64,000 nt of DNA. Source: Lama glama (lineage: Eukaryota). The position numbers and the translations under genes were made by a program. A model generated the notes under the pieces. That model was not told the origin of the DNA. It did no database searches and saw only the letters and a list, made by a program, of their open reading frames with translations. The DNA lies in assembly GCA_028534125.1 (NCBI GenBank), contig CM052832.1:22446001-22510000 (forward strand), given 5' to 3'. Of this stretch, positions 25,159 to 38,599 are shown one piece after another. How positions within the stretch are numbered: the stretch's first letter is position 1; each line of letters starts with the position of its first letter.

Positions 25159-28100
25159 CTTTTGATTTTGAATTATAGATTCACGGGAAGTTGCAAAGAT
25201 GATACAAAGAGGTGCCATACATCCTTTACTTTGTTTCCACCATGGTTTACATTTTACATAACTATAGAATAGTTATTAAATCAGGAAAGTGACAAGTTAT
25301 TAAATCAGGAAATTGACAGTGAGAAAGTGTTCTTGTAATTCTGTGTCATCTCGTCGCTCGCAGATTCTTATAACCACCTAGCACAATCAAGACACAACTA
25401 TTCCAACACAGCAAAGATCTTCCTGGTACAATCCCTTTTTAGTCATACCCTCATCCTCACAGAATCTCTAACCCTTGGCAACTATTTATCTTTTCTCCGT
25501 CTGTATTATTTTGTCATTTAAGTTTGCTGTATATAAAATATTGACTGTTACGTGCTTGTGACCTTCTGAGACTGGCTTTTTCCACTCAGCATAATACCCT
25601 TGAGACCCATACAAGTTGTTGCATGTATCAAGAGTTTATTCCTTTCTGCTGCTGAGATGTATTCCATCATATGGATGTACCACCGTTTAATTAATCACCT
25701 ATTGTAGAACATTGTGATTGTGAGACAGGAAGAGGGCAGGGCACAGCCATTCAAGGAATAATACAGCAATTAACATCAAAATGGTGGAAGATTCAACTCC
25801 TTGTAGGCCCTGAGGCTCAAGTTGGTAGGAGATTCACTTCTAGCAGATCTTGCGCTTTATTATACGCCCATTATAATATATTAACATGGTAAGTAACATG
25901 CCCACAGGTGCCATGACAGTCCCAAGGCTAGCCACAAAAGGTCAAAGAGTGGGAAATGGCCAACTTCCTGGGAATCCCAGGCCCTTCCCCAGGCTAGTTA
26001 GACGGGTCCTTCCACTTATTAGCATATGAAGCCACCAAGCCCATAAAAACTGGCAACACTGTCACCTCCTCGCAGCCGCTGCCCTCTCTCTCTCTTCCTC
26101 TTCAGGGCCTGCGCGCTGTCTGTAGAATGTGTACCTACTTCTACTGTAGTCTGAGCACCCACCCCCACACCTCATGGCCTTTCTCTTGCCTTTCATTGTA
26201 TCTCTGTAAATAAATTTACCTTTACTCAACTGTGGCTCGCTCTTGAATTCTTTCCTGCCTGAAGCCAAGGACCCACACATGGCGGGGCATGTCCCAGGGG
26301 CTCAACTGAAGCCTGGGACACGGCCCTCCTCACGCCCCACATCCTTTATTGCTGCATCGTATCTTTGGTGCCCAACACCCCATATCCGTTTTTCCTGCAT
26401 CAGTTGTTTTCTTCTTGGGGGGCAATTCCAAATAAGCTGCTATCTACATTCAGTGTATAGGTTTTCTGTGGACATAAGTTTTCATTTCTCTGGGATAAAT
26501 GCCCAGAAGTATGATTCCCAGCTCATATGGTAAGTATATGTACAGTTTTTAAAGAAACTGCCAAATTGTTTTCCTGAAATTCTATGCGATTTTACTTTTC
26601 TAATAGCAATGCACAGGAGAACCAGTTTCTCCCATCCTTGCCAAAATTTTAATATTAACTCTGCCGTGTGTCTAGTGATATCTCATCATGGCGTTATTAA
26701 TTTGCATTTTCCTAAAGTCTAGTGCTGTTGAACATCTTTTTGTGTCCTTATTTGCCACCCACATATCCTCTTCGGTTAAATTTTTCTTCATGTGTTTTGC
26801 CCATTTTCTTATTAGATTGTTTTGCTATTGTTGAGTTCTGAGACTTCTTCATAAATTCTAGATACAAGTCCTTTATCAGACATGCAGTTTGCAAGTAGTT
26901 TGTCCTAGTCTTTTTGTACTCTTGAAAAGATCTCTTGGAGAACAAAGTTTTCAATTTTGAGGAAATCCAAAATTTTAATATTATAATATGTCATGCTTTT
27001 GGTGTCACGTCTAAGAAACCTCCATCAAGTCCTAGAGCTTGAAGATTTTCTCCTATGTTTCCTTTAAAAGTTTTATAGGTTCACATTTTACATTGAAGTC
27101 TCTAATCCATTTTAATTATTGCACAAGGTGTGAAGTTTAGATCAAGGTTCATTTTTGCCTGTGAATGTTCAATTTGTTGAGAAAGACTATCCTTTCTCCA
27201 TTAGATTGCATTTGCCCCTTCGCGGAAATCAGCTGGCAGCATTTGCAGGGGTCTACACGTGGCTTCTCTGTTGTGTTCTGTTGATCTATATATCTGTCTT
27301 TCTAGAGTCACCACGCTGTCTTGACACCTGTAGCTACGTAATACGCCTTGAGGTTGGGTAGACTGATTCCTCCAACATTATTCCCTTTGTACAAAAGCTG
27401 TTCTAGCTCTATTCCCTTTCCATACACGTTTTGGAATAATTTTGCATATATTTATAATAAACCTTACTGGGGTTTTGATAGGAATTGTGTTAAACTGTGT
27501 ATCAATTTGGGAAGAATTGACATCTATACTAGGTGGGATCTCCCAGTCTCTGAACACAGTATGTCTCTCTCTTCACTCATTTAGACTTTGGTTCCTTTCA
27601 TTAACATTTTGCAGTTTTCAGGATACAGATTCCTGAACATGTTCAGTTAAATTTACACCTCAGTGTTTCACCTTGTTGAGAAATTGCTAATGGTACTATA
27701 TTTCTAATTTTTATTTACACATTCTTAGTAGTAGTACATAGAAATTTAATTGATATTTGTATGTCGATTTTGTATTCTGTGACCTTACGATACTCACTTA
27801 TTTGTTCTAGGAGGTTTTTTTGTTGGTTTGTTTTTAATTCCTTGGATATCTTTACGTAGAGAATCACGTCATCTACAAATGGGGAGTTTTAGTTCTTCCT
27901 TTTACTTCGTTTTCTTATCTTATTGTGTTTGCTAGAATGTCCAGCACTGTGTTGAGTAGCAGTGGTGAGATGGGACATGCTTGCTTTATTCCTGTCTTAC
28001 AGGGAAAGCATTTAGTCTTTCATCATTAAGTATGATGTTAGTTATAGGTTTATTTTATTTTATTAAGTTTTTAAAAATTGATTTAAGGAAGTTTTCCTTA

Positions 28101-28640
28101 TTCCTAGTTTTCTGAGAGTTTTTATCATGAGTGGATATTGAATTTTGTCAGATGCTTTTTCTACATCAATTGATAGAAGTAGGTGATTTTTCTTTTTTAG
28201 CCTGTTAATCTGGTAGATTATATTGACTGATTTTCTAATGTTGAACCAGCCTTGTATCCCAGGAATGAATACTACTAGGTCACAGTATATAATTCTGTGC
28301 TGACACAGTGCTGAAATCTATTTGCTAATATTTTGTTAAGGATTGCTGCATTTATATTCATGAGGGATATTAGACTAGTCCCTTCCTTCCTTCCTTCCTT
28401 CCTTCCTTCCTTTCTTCCTGTCTGTCTTTCCTTGCTCCCTTCTTTCCTTCCTCTCTCTCTCTTTCTTTGTACTGTATTTGTCTGGTTTTGTTATCAGGAT
28501 TTTGGTTTTGTAAAATTAACTGGAAAGTGTCATGACAGTGTTTAAGTCTGTTGATTCTTTTCTCGTTGAAGTTGAGGTTTTTCTGATTCTTGTTATGAAG
28601 CATGATTTTCAGTTGAAACTTGGATGTCTGGCACCTGATG
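25159..28640 (-). mobile_element. long old L1 (L1MC/MD-like 3'UTR plus ORF2 end), split by an LTR
   Basis: GAATTATAGATTCACGGGAAGTTGCAAAG terminus and continuous antisense L1 motifs (TTGGGAAGAATTGACATC, GGGAAAGCATTTAGTCTTTCATCATTAAGTATGATGTTAG). It includes a 24-bp tandem duplication at 25271-25318 and a (CCTT)n tract near 28380-28460. Confidence 0.85.
25721..26402 (+). mobile_element. solo ERV LTR (ERV1-like, 682 bp)
   Basis: Termini TGAGACAGGAA...TTCCTGCATCA (imperfect inverted repeat, TG..CA). 4-bp flanks ATTG/GTTG, TATA-like CATAAAA at ~26042, AATAAA at 26209-26214. The host L1 resumes exactly after it. Confidence 0.85.
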
Positions 28641-28829
28641 GAGTTCTGTTAGTATTGTCCTCAGGGTCTAGACCACTTATGGCTAGTATTTAAATTTTCG
28701 GTTTCATATTCTTTCTGGAACTTTGTATCCTCTTATACTATCTCAATTCTTTTTACTTTGTTTTGTTTCTTTCTTTTTAACTTTACAATACTTGCTGTAA
28801 GTTGAGTTCTTATTGCCCATCACGTACTA

Positions 28830-29240
28830 TTAGTTAGGATCCAGCTTATGTTGAAGTAAAACCTTAGTAAAACCTTAGTATAGCCTTAGTTGCATATAGA
28901 AACAAAGATTTATTTCTTGCTTCTGCTACATGTCCGTCATGGACTGGCTGCAGACACTGCCTTGTGAGTTCTTCTGGGTGTGAGTAAAGCTGATGGAGCC
29001 TCTATCTAGAGAGTTGTCTGCTGTTGCACCAAAAGGTTAGAAGGAAGTCAGGTATATCCTACCTTAGCTCTGAAAGGCTTCTGTCTGGCAGTGACATACG
29101 TCAATTGAACTCATCTTCCAATGACCGAAGCAAGCAGGTCACATTACCATGCCCAGCTTCAAGTAGATCAGGAATTATAGTTCTACCCTATACCATGGAG
29201 GTGGAAAACGGAAGAGCTGGTGAACACTTGTAATGACTGC
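28830..29240 (-). mobile_element. MaLR LTR (MLT1J/K-like)
   Basis: TTAGTTAGGAT...AACAAAGATTTATTTCTTGCT...GCTCTGAAAGGCTTCTGTCTGGCAGTGACATACGTCA...AAGCAAGCAGGTCACAT. Confidence 0.6.
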
Positions 29241-29525
29241 TGGGCTCACGCATAACTCTTCTGCTGTCAGTCCTCCCTCCCTCCCTGTCTCCCTCCTTCT
29301 TTTCTTTCTTTTGATATTTTAAAAATGACTGGAAAGACATTCCTAGGCATGCCACAAAAATGGGAAACTGAGCGTTCAGTGCTATACAATGGTTACAAGT
29401 ATTGAAAAAGACTGACTTCTTATATACTGCATTGTAACTGCATAGCTAGTGGTCCCAAGAGCAGTCTGACAGCAGTCATCCAGAGCAGCACAGACAATAG
29501 AGTCAGGGGCCAGAAGAGCTGCAGG

Positions 29526-29722
29526 TTGCTTCCGTGTCCTGGCTACTACTGTACATAAAGTAGGCAAGCAACAAGGACTCACTGTATGACCCTGGGACTC
29601 ATACCTGATATCTTGTAACCACCTACAATGGAATATAATCTTTAAAAAACACTATTATTATGCTGTACACTTGAAATTAACACAATATTATAAATCAGCT
29701 CTGCTTCAATAATAATATAAAA
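29526..29722 (+). mobile_element. cetartiodactyl-type L1 3' stub with TSD
   Basis: AACAAGGACTCACTGTAT...GCTGTACACTTGAAATTAACACAATATTATAAATCAGCT plus an A tail. Flanks are AAGAGCTGCAGG (29514-29525) and AAGACTGCAGG (29723-29733). Confidence 0.75.
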
Positions 29723-31889
29723 AAGACTGCAGGAGAGTTAGAACTTTAGTAAATACCAAAAATGCACCTCTAACACTTACCCCATCGCTCTAGGGCACTG
29801 ATGCTCACTGTTACCAGTGGCATGAATTACCTTAGCAATTGACAGATGTGAAAATTCAGTATATATTTTTCCCTTGTAGTGTTTTAAATCTGAGGTTCTG
29901 ATGAATACCTTTTCCTCTCTGTCTCATTCTGTTTCTCTCTCTCTGTCTCTCTATTTTTCTCTTAAATCTAGGCAGCAAGAAAACATTCTCTCTTTTCTGT
30001 AATTTAAAAGCCTTTTAGCAGGCTTACTTTATTTGAAAAAGTCTGAATATTGACTCCTGACACATCAGAACGCCATCGTCCACTTATTATATAGGCATTT
30101 ATGTCAAACCTAATTCCTTTATGTCTTCTTTGTTAACATGCCCATGTTCTCTCACTCCTAGGACTATGTTTCCTATAGTAAAGGTAGAGTCCATCACAGC
30201 TGATGCTTAGTTCAATACTGTAATGAGCACGAGCTGTGTGTTAGATAGGGACTGGGGCTACCAATCTCCTAATTGACCACTTGCTAACATTAAACCAATG
30301 CTAAGAGTAAAGCAGAGCAATAGAAAGGAAATCTAATTTATTTCACGTGTTAATGAGAAAAATATGTATGTATATGTTTGTACGTGTGTGTGTGTTTTCT
30401 TGTTTTTTCTCCACTTTGTTTGTGCCCCACAGGCACACCCCTCCATGGAGTGTTCCCATTTATTTGCTACCAGCACTGGCTCCAATTCTTGTCCCTTAGA
30501 CTCAGTGGGAGAATTCCAACGCATTGTGCTTGGACTAAGAAGACAATTATCCTATAATCGTGTATTTAAAAAATAAAAAGAAATATCCTTACAATCATTT
30601 GAAATAAAGCCAGTTATTACTTTTAAAAAGCTACCTGCTTTCAATTAAGCAGGAAATTATCTAAGAAGTCACTTAATTTGCTTTGGTCTGTAGTCCCACA
30701 ACTGCTTTACGCTGAGTGGAGCATGAAATTAAATATGTAACAACTATCCTAATGGTTATGTTTCAGAATGCCAGCATTTTAGAATCTTAGGTATTCTGAG
30801 TGGTGACAAATACCAAAACATACAAATTAAAGAATATGGCTGCATTGAGTTTGAGGAAAAACACAAAATATTATTAATGTCCTTTATGCTTTTATATGTG
30901 TTATATACATATATATTTGAAAACTGAGGGGTTTTAAAAAATACTAATTTATACATACAGGAAGGGTAGCAGTGTATGTATGGAAAAAAATCTCTCTTGA
31001 CTTACAATAAAATGCCACTTTTTTCCCATGGAAATTCTTATACTAGTTTCTTGGGTCTAAATATAATGTAGATTATGCAAGGATATATTAAAGGAAAAAG
31101 GTCATAATGAATTTTTACCATTTGTTGAAGAAATGCTAATACTAGTCCCTTGCTTGAGGTATTCACCTTTGTTAAGAGCCAAGAATGCACAGTTTGCAGT
31201 GGAGAAACTGTCTATGTAGACATATAAGGGCACTAGTTTATGCAGGAAATTTTAGAAGCTTTACTAAAATGGCTCTTCAATCAGTACTTAACAGTGTTAT
31301 AAATGCTAGATGGTTCTCAGAGCCTCTTATTTATTTAAAACATTTTTTACAACTTTAAAACTATTTTTATACCAGATAAATCTTTTCAAACACTAATCAT
31401 ATGACGAGTAAACATTAAGAAATTTTTTGTGTAAATGTGGATAAACGCATCCTTGTTCTTTTGTAGTCTGAATTCCAAACCAACCCTTTTCTTTCTTTCT
31501 TTCTCTTTTTAAAAAAAGCTAATTTAGACATTCTACCGATTTTACCAGAAAATAGTGACAAACAGATTTGACTGAGTTTCTCTTCCCGCTTGTGTGAAGC
31601 AGGAGTTTGAGCTAAGACAGCTTGCAAGGTAACAAAGTTACTCTGAAACTCATTTATTTGATGCTAAAGATGCTTAATATTCTGGTGTCTATCGTTGAAT
31701 CTCTCTATACTTGATGATATTGTCAAAAACATTTTCCTGCTTTATTAAACTACTATCTATAAAAATTCTCTGAGGAGCTACAAAAAAAGACTTCATCGCA
31801 GTTTATGGGGCTTTGGATATTTTTCTAGAACAAAAAGTTCTCCTCCTGCATTTGTTCTTCAGCTTTGTTTTGATCAGAGAAAGGGTATA

Positions 31890-32100
31890 GACCTCAATCA
31901 AGAATCCTTGGGCCAGGATCTGTGTGACCTGGAGAGTCAGCTTGACCTCTCTGAGCCTGGTTCCTATAAACTGCAACATTGTTTTACGTCCACAGTGGCA
32001 ATAATAACTGTCTATCAGCGTCATGAGGATTGCTTGAAATAAGGCAAGAAAAGCATCCCTTAAAGTGACTGACTGACACACCGTAGGGCTTCATTATCAA
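31890..32100 (+). mobile_element. MIR SINE
   Basis: TGTGTGACCTGGAGAGTCAGCTTGACCTCTCTGAGCCTGGTTCC...ATGAGGATTGCTTGAAATAA. Confidence 0.6.
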
Positions 32101-32997
32101 TATTTAGTGGCTCCAATTAATTGGTGGATCATCTCAGCTTTTTTTTTTTTTTCCTAGCTTCTGTTCAGCTGTGGTAGGTCTTGCAGCAAATGCTTCATGT
32201 CTGTTATTTTATGTAATTCTCCCAGAGGCTGGTGAGCTAGGTCCTATTATTGTTCCATTTTAAAGCTGGGGAAATCAGAACACAGACTAGTGCGAGCTTA
32301 CTCACCATTTCAGACAGACAGAAACACATAAGGGTGACATTTTGAGCTCATGAGGCCATTTTGCCTGAAACTTAGCCAAAGTTTTCCTGGCTAGTAGGAC
32401 CTACATGCCTTACCAGCAGCCTGCAAAACACGCGTCTTTTGACATGGACATTAGTGACTGAGTGAAGGGTAATAATGGTTCTGTTTTTACCCTGTTGGTC
32501 TTGGAATGGACAGACTTCAGCGTATGGGATTTGTTCTCAGCATAGCCAAATCTTTGCTACAATAAAAGATATTAGAGAAGAGCCCAATTGCATGTATTAG
32601 ACAAGCACTGAAATGCAAATTTAAATCTAAAAATAAGTGCCTTTCTATAGCTGGAGGTGTGATTTATTTATACACAAGGGGGTTTAATTTTCCAATTAAT
32701 GAGTGGGGGTTTTATGCACATGATGTCCATTAGTGCTAATGAATAATGTGTGTGTGGTGTAATAGATTACTGTGCGAAGCACACGGTGCTCCTGCCAGGA
32801 AGTAGATCTGTATATTATAATTTGTACGTGTGATATCACACCTAGGAAATCAAGAAAATGAATTAATTACATTCACAAATGTTTGGTAGAGAGACAATTT
32901 CAAGAGTGAACCAGTTCTTTAAGAAACACTTAGGGGATCATGCTGTACTAGGAAATAATTGGGTGGTGTTTTAAACATCTCACAGTGGAGGAGGCGC

Positions 32998-33033
32998 TCC
33001 CTGGTAGTCTAGTGGTTAGGATTCGGCGCTCTC
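32998..33033 (+). pseudogene. tRNA-Glu(CTC) 5'-half retropseudogene (tailless)
   Basis: TCCCTGGTAGTCTAGTGGTTAGGATTCGGCGCTCTC is 35/36 identical to the first 36 nt of mammalian tRNA-Glu-CTC and stops at the anticodon. Flanked by a 13/15 direct repeat. Confidence 0.9.
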
Positions 33034-33439
33034 TCTCAATGTGGAGGAAAAGATATTTAATCAAAAGGAGTGAATCTGAAGATAGGACCTAAAATAATAT
33101 TCTGAACCCTGCACAGGTCAAAATTGGTCTAATGTAGATTACAGTAGAGGTGTCATTTAATCTTAAGGATGTGGGACTTAACCTTTCCAAGTATTCCCTC
33201 CTGAGAGCCTGATGTGGTTCCAGGAAATATAGTTTCTTGTTATTTCTTTTCATGGGAAGTTGCATGGAAAATGAGTTAGAAAAGGAAAATGTATTTGATT
33301 TCAGGGAGCAGTAACCAACACTCAGTTGGTAAACTGTACCAGGTTTTCAAAATAAACAACCCAAACCCTAGGGTTTCATCCATCTACATGACATGTCTTC
33401 TGACTGAGAACCAAAACCTTTTCTCTCTGTTACAGTTTC

Positions 33440-33835
33440 TAAATTCTATTCTGTTCTAATGATCTACTACTCTATTTTTACAGCAGTCTGTACTGTCTTT
33501 AATGTAGCTTTATAATAAGTCTTGATATCTGGAGGGTAAGTTACCCAGCGTTTTGTCGTTGTTCAGGATTGTTTTGTGATTTTTGCCCTTTTGCCAAAAT
33601 TCACTTGCACATCAGCTAGGGATTTAATTAGGATTGTATTCATGTATCGTTAAAGTTGGGGCGCATTGTTAGCTTCACAGTATTGAGCCTTTCAATTTAT
33701 GAACATGGCATCACCCTCCATTCATTTACATCTTTTAGCATAGCTCTCCTAGTAATTTCTCAGTTTTCAGCACAGAGGTCTTGTAAATTTGGGTTTTTTT
33801 TAGGTTTTTACCTAGGTATTGGATTTTTGAAAGAT
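33440..33835 (-). mobile_element. old L1 ORF2 fragment
   Basis: GTAGCTTTATAATAAGTCTTGATATCTGG...TATTGAGCCTTTCAATTTATGAACATGG...CAGAGGTCTTG. Confidence 0.7.
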
Positions 33836-33838
33836 ATA

Positions 33839-34330
33839 TGTTAGTGTTTTCACGTGTCACCTTGACTAGAGTCCACTAGACTGTTTCTTCCTACATTAGA
33901 CTAGTGATTCAATCAAACAACAGTGCTGTGAAGGTATTTTGTGTATGTAATTAGTCACTTTCATGGCTTGACCGTAAGTAAGGGAGATTATGTGGATAAT
34001 CCAGGTGGGCCTGGCTGAATCAGTTGGAAGGATTTAAAGTCAGCACTGCGGTTTCCCTTCCAGAGAGAAGAAATTCTGCCTGCGGTCGACGCTTCGTTCT
34101 GTGCCCGTGGAGTTCCACTCACGCTGCTTCCTTCCTAACGGCCTGACCTGTGGATTTCTGACTTGCTGACTTAGCCCTCACAGCTGTACACCAGTTTTCT
34201 GTGATAAATTTATCTATTTATCTGTCTGTCTATCATCTATCTATTATATCTACCTATTTATTTACCTATCTCTTTGTCATCTGGTGCCACGAAAACAGAA
34301 TTTTAAGGATGAGTTCTCTGAATTGGTGGG
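33839..34330 (+). mobile_element. MLT2 (ERVL) LTR with the start of internal sequence
   Basis: TG start then GTGTCACCTTGACTAG, GGATAATCCAGGTGGGCCT...AATCAGTTGGAAGG, GAAGAAATTCTGCCT; followed by AACAGAATTTTAAGGATGAGTTCTCTGAATTGGT. Confidence 0.75.
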
Positions 34331-37300
34331 AGGCAGTGCATGGAATGACATGGCAAAAGAATTATTCAAATTATTGCCACTGTTTGCCCCTAATCAAATC
34401 CCACTACCTTAGAAATACTTAAAATACTTTAATCAAGGTCCTGAGATACTGAGGAGTAGTCAAAATTCAAACCCAGATCTCTCAGACTGAGGTCTTAATG
34501 GCTTTGCTGTGCTGCCTTCTCCATAAGGCACTGGGGTTTTGATTAGATTAATATTTTAATATTCATACCCTATATGATGTTAAATGTCTAAGCATCTTTT
34601 AAATGATTTTTTTTCATTTTCATATTTTTTGGGGAAGAATATATGGTTTGGGGGTTGTTGGATATGGGGAGAAATAGAGTGGGATGGTCCAGCATTTTCT
34701 GATAAGGTTTGGAATATTTGGTTCTATTTAAATTTTTGTCTACTCTTGGTTTCATTCTTCTGATGTCAAAGACCATATTAATGTGCTCATATTCAAAAGC
34801 CAAAGAGATTTAAAAGCCAAAGAGAATACGTTTAAAAACAATTTGCTTGCTGCATACAGCAGCCTGATTTTTATGAGTCTTCTCTTCTTGGGAGTGAGGA
34901 TGAGTTCTGGTAGCTCTAATGGACTTGATTTCCGTGGTCAGCACAGGCAGAACGTTTTCACAGAGATGTGCAGGCGTAGTACCTGCTGCATTTTAATTTG
35001 GACGGAGACGGAAAGAACGTGTGAGCTGAATGCACCCCAAGCGAGCCTTCAACCCTAATCTCCAAGGGAACCAGGAACTTAATGACGCCTCCGCCCCCCC
35101 CCCCTCCCCAGCAAACACACCCAGAGCCAACCTGTGAGGAATCAGGACCAGGCAAGCTGAGCACAGAACTTGGGCCCCTGGAGAAATGTCTGGTCTTTAT
35201 AATCCTCAGGTATGGGGCATAATGGAGTGCAGAGAATCTGTTAGGAAAAGGGTAGCCTGAAGAAAAAGGAGTGCGCGAGGAATGGCAAAACTTTGGGTTC
35301 CACACTCCAAACAAGTTCAAGAAAGAAAGTATGGAGGTAGAGGAAAAATGAACCCAACACTGCAGCTAGGAGGGGCCAGGGAAAGAGGCTGAAGCGCCCC
35401 TTCTGCTTTTTGATATGCAGCAGAAACATTTCCAGCTCTTTTGTCATGCCTCAGACATAAACTGGACATATTCTCTTGGGAGAAACATTCAATTAATTAA
35501 GGCACTTTTTTTTTCTGACCTAGGACTTTCCAGAAGGCTGTGAGAGTATTTGTATTTTTATATATCCCGCAAATCTAGTGACATGGAGTTGTCATTCCCA
35601 TTTTTCAAACAGGCTGAGTCCAGTGACTTGTCTGAGATCCTCAGGGAGACTGAGAAATACATCTCTTGGATATTTCTCAAGTAGGGACTTGAGGAAGCAA
35701 TGAGCGCTTACATTTCCAAAATACTAATTATCAAATAATATTTGGAGATAGGCAAGTGTTATGATAGAAAATGTGCCCAGCTGGGGAAACCGAGGCTCAG
35801 AGGGTTGGATGACACTACTGTTCAGCCTTGGAAGCCAGAACTCTTAGGCCACATCTGTCCTGCTCCCCACACAGCACAGAACTCCTTAAACACTGGGACT
35901 TCCACCTCTTTTCTGGTGCCCAGTCCCTCTCCCGGAAATATCCACCTTAACTCCAACTCCTGACTAGTGTGGTTTCCCCAGGAGCCCCAGGGGATCATCC
36001 ACCCCATGACCGGCAGCCTTTTGGGGGAAGGCTCAAGGTCACTGCAGCTGGACTGAACCTGCGCTGGTCCCCGTGGGGCTCATGGCCACCCGAAGCTGCT
36101 GGAAGATGAGCCTGCGCGATGCTCACCGACTCAGACCAGGTGATTCTCTTTCCAGTGGGCGGGGAAAAACTGTTTTGCGAATAGTAAGTCTTTGGTATGC
36201 GTGTCCTACTGATTCACCAGGTGGAAGCAATCTGACATTGTCTTTGGTTCATTTTCCAGCCCAAGTAGAGGTCCTGGGCTTCCTTCATTAACAGAACCAT
36301 CTGCTGAAGAAATCTGCGGTTGAACAGAACAGCCACTCTGCTTTTCTCTACCAACGGGCTGCAGAGAGAGGTAATAATGCTCGCTATCATTGACTGAGTG
36401 CTGACTGGGCGAGGAAATGCTTTGTTTATATTGCTTCCTTAAGACCTTGGAGGTTATTCCAAAATTACAGAAAGGGAAAACGAGGCCAGGCCAGGTAGAC
36501 GGAGGTGCCTGGAGTGATCTCCTTACTAGTGAGTCAGAGCAGGGCCTGTGCAAGCCACATCGAGTGTGAGCTTCTGAGACTTCTTAATCCCATTTGCTTT
36601 TAGCCAGGGCTGGAAGGAAGGTCACCGAATAGCGTACTGGGAAACTGGTTTGGCCCCACTAAGGATGCCACCATTGAACTTTCTCAGGGAATGAGCCAGA
36701 TCCAGCTTGCCTTCTATTAATTACCTGGGCAGACAGCCCTGCACGCTAATACTGCCTCACACCTGAGACTCTCCCAAGGTTATCAGACCATGTCCTAAGG
36801 TGAAGAAAATTCTTTTTAAGCACTCTTGCTTAATGGTCTTCAGCTCAAAGCAACAGAACAACCGACAGGGTTCTGTTCTGGGCCCCAGGAAAATAGAGAA
36901 AAACCCAAACTAACCCTTATTCTCTAGAAGCTTTTCAATTTGGAGGAAACATCACCTTCAAACGAAGCAAACAGATATTTCCTAGACAGACACTAATGTG
37001 TGACAATAAATAGAGTAAGTAATGCAAATAATAGAGAATCATAAATCATGTGACAAAATGTGCTGTATAATGTAGCACAGTGATCAGGGGAAGAATGGCA
37101 GTAGGACGTGAACAGTACTAAGGAGTATTTGGTAAGAGTGTGCCCTGGTGTTAACGGCAACTTGGAAAGAGCTAATTTGCTCCACAAGAGGCCCATTAAA
37201 AAAGCGTCCACGTTGCCACTTAATTTAAATATTTTTGATATGGATTTAGGAAGAGGTGGTCAAGAAAAGCCAAGGATACAACTTAATATTCCGGGGTCAA

Positions 37301-38389
37301 GTCAGATGAAAAGTATTATTTCTGAGTGCATTTTATAAATTAATACAAAACATTAATTGTGAGAAGAGTTACTGGCACAGACTTAGAATTCATCAGATGT
37401 TAGATATCATTATGTTCTCTCTTCTATGAAGCAGTTGCTCGTGTTTTAGGTAATGGTTTAAATGAACGTGACAAAATGGATGATGTTTGGTGAGTGAGTT
37501 TGATTCCATACAGGATATTTTTCGTGGCAAAAAAAAAGTTTCCTTTTTCCATTTTGTACTTTTGTCCGTGAAAATACAGTGTCTTTGGAGAAATGCACAG
37601 CTTTGGAGGCCGGCTCAATAGCTGCACCCCCTCAGGTATTTACGGGTAGTTACTTCACAAATCCATACGTTTTTAAAAGAACGGATATCCTTCTAAGTAA
37701 TTCGAAAATGTTTTCTAGGTACTTGTTTATATTCAAAGCCTGTTATCTTGCATGAACATTCCCCAAAACACGCACCAGGCATTTTTCTCGTATTTCGAGT
37801 TGTCAATATGAAATGTACTTAAAACTTCCCACAGCATCAGTTTTCTTTGTACGTTTTTCAACACATTTCCCATGCTTTGATAACAGATAATGTCTTATTC
37901 GGCAATTACTTTCAAGAAAATGACTTCTATAGGTTTGTACCTTTAACTCATATTAAAACTCTGCTAATAAGCTGGTTGTCCCAGGGAACTATCTTTGTGT
38001 CAAACTGAATGTAGCATTTGAACAAGTCATTTGTGGTGAGAAAGTGTCCATTCCCTGAGCACTACTGATATTCAGTGGTTGAATTACCTGCCCAGGTAGT
38101 GTTCCCAGCCATTGTAGTCTTGCTGAAATGACTTGCCTTTTGTGGAGGTCAGACCGTTACTTACAAGGTGAGAAAATATTTTTGAAAAGGTCTTTAATAA
38201 TAAGAAAAGCATGAACTCCACAGGTAGAAGAAATAGAGTGGAACAAGTTGCCTATCATGATAAATCTGCTAGCAGTCCCTTCCTGGGAACAGTGTTTCTA
38301 TGTGTTATTTGCATCCCTTTCTGTACACTTAAAGGCCCTATTAAAAAAGTAGTACATTCTCATAAAAATTCGGAAATTACCGAAAACAA

Positions 38390-38494
38390 TTTTTTTTAAA
38401 CTGAAGTACAGTCAGTTACAATGTACAGTCAATTTCTGGTGCACAGCACAATGTCCCAGTCATGCATATACATACATATGTTCATTTTCATATT
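38390..38494 (-). mobile_element. ~105-bp young camelid-type L1 3' stub with TSD
   Basis: Same sequence as 13695-13797. Flanks are CCGAAAACAATTTTT and CTGAAAATAATTTTT. Confidence 0.8.
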
Positions 38495-38599
38495 CTGAAA
38501 ATAATTTTTCAACAGCCCATTCATGGACAGTCCCTGTCATCATTCTTACGTATGTCTTTTGATTTCCTGCTCATGTTAAAAAGTCATCGAGGTATATAC

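Noticed and set aside
32998..33070. Functional tRNA-Glu gene or tRNA-Glu-derived CHR SINE
   Set aside because: No 3' half, B box, SINE body or tail follows the anticodon.
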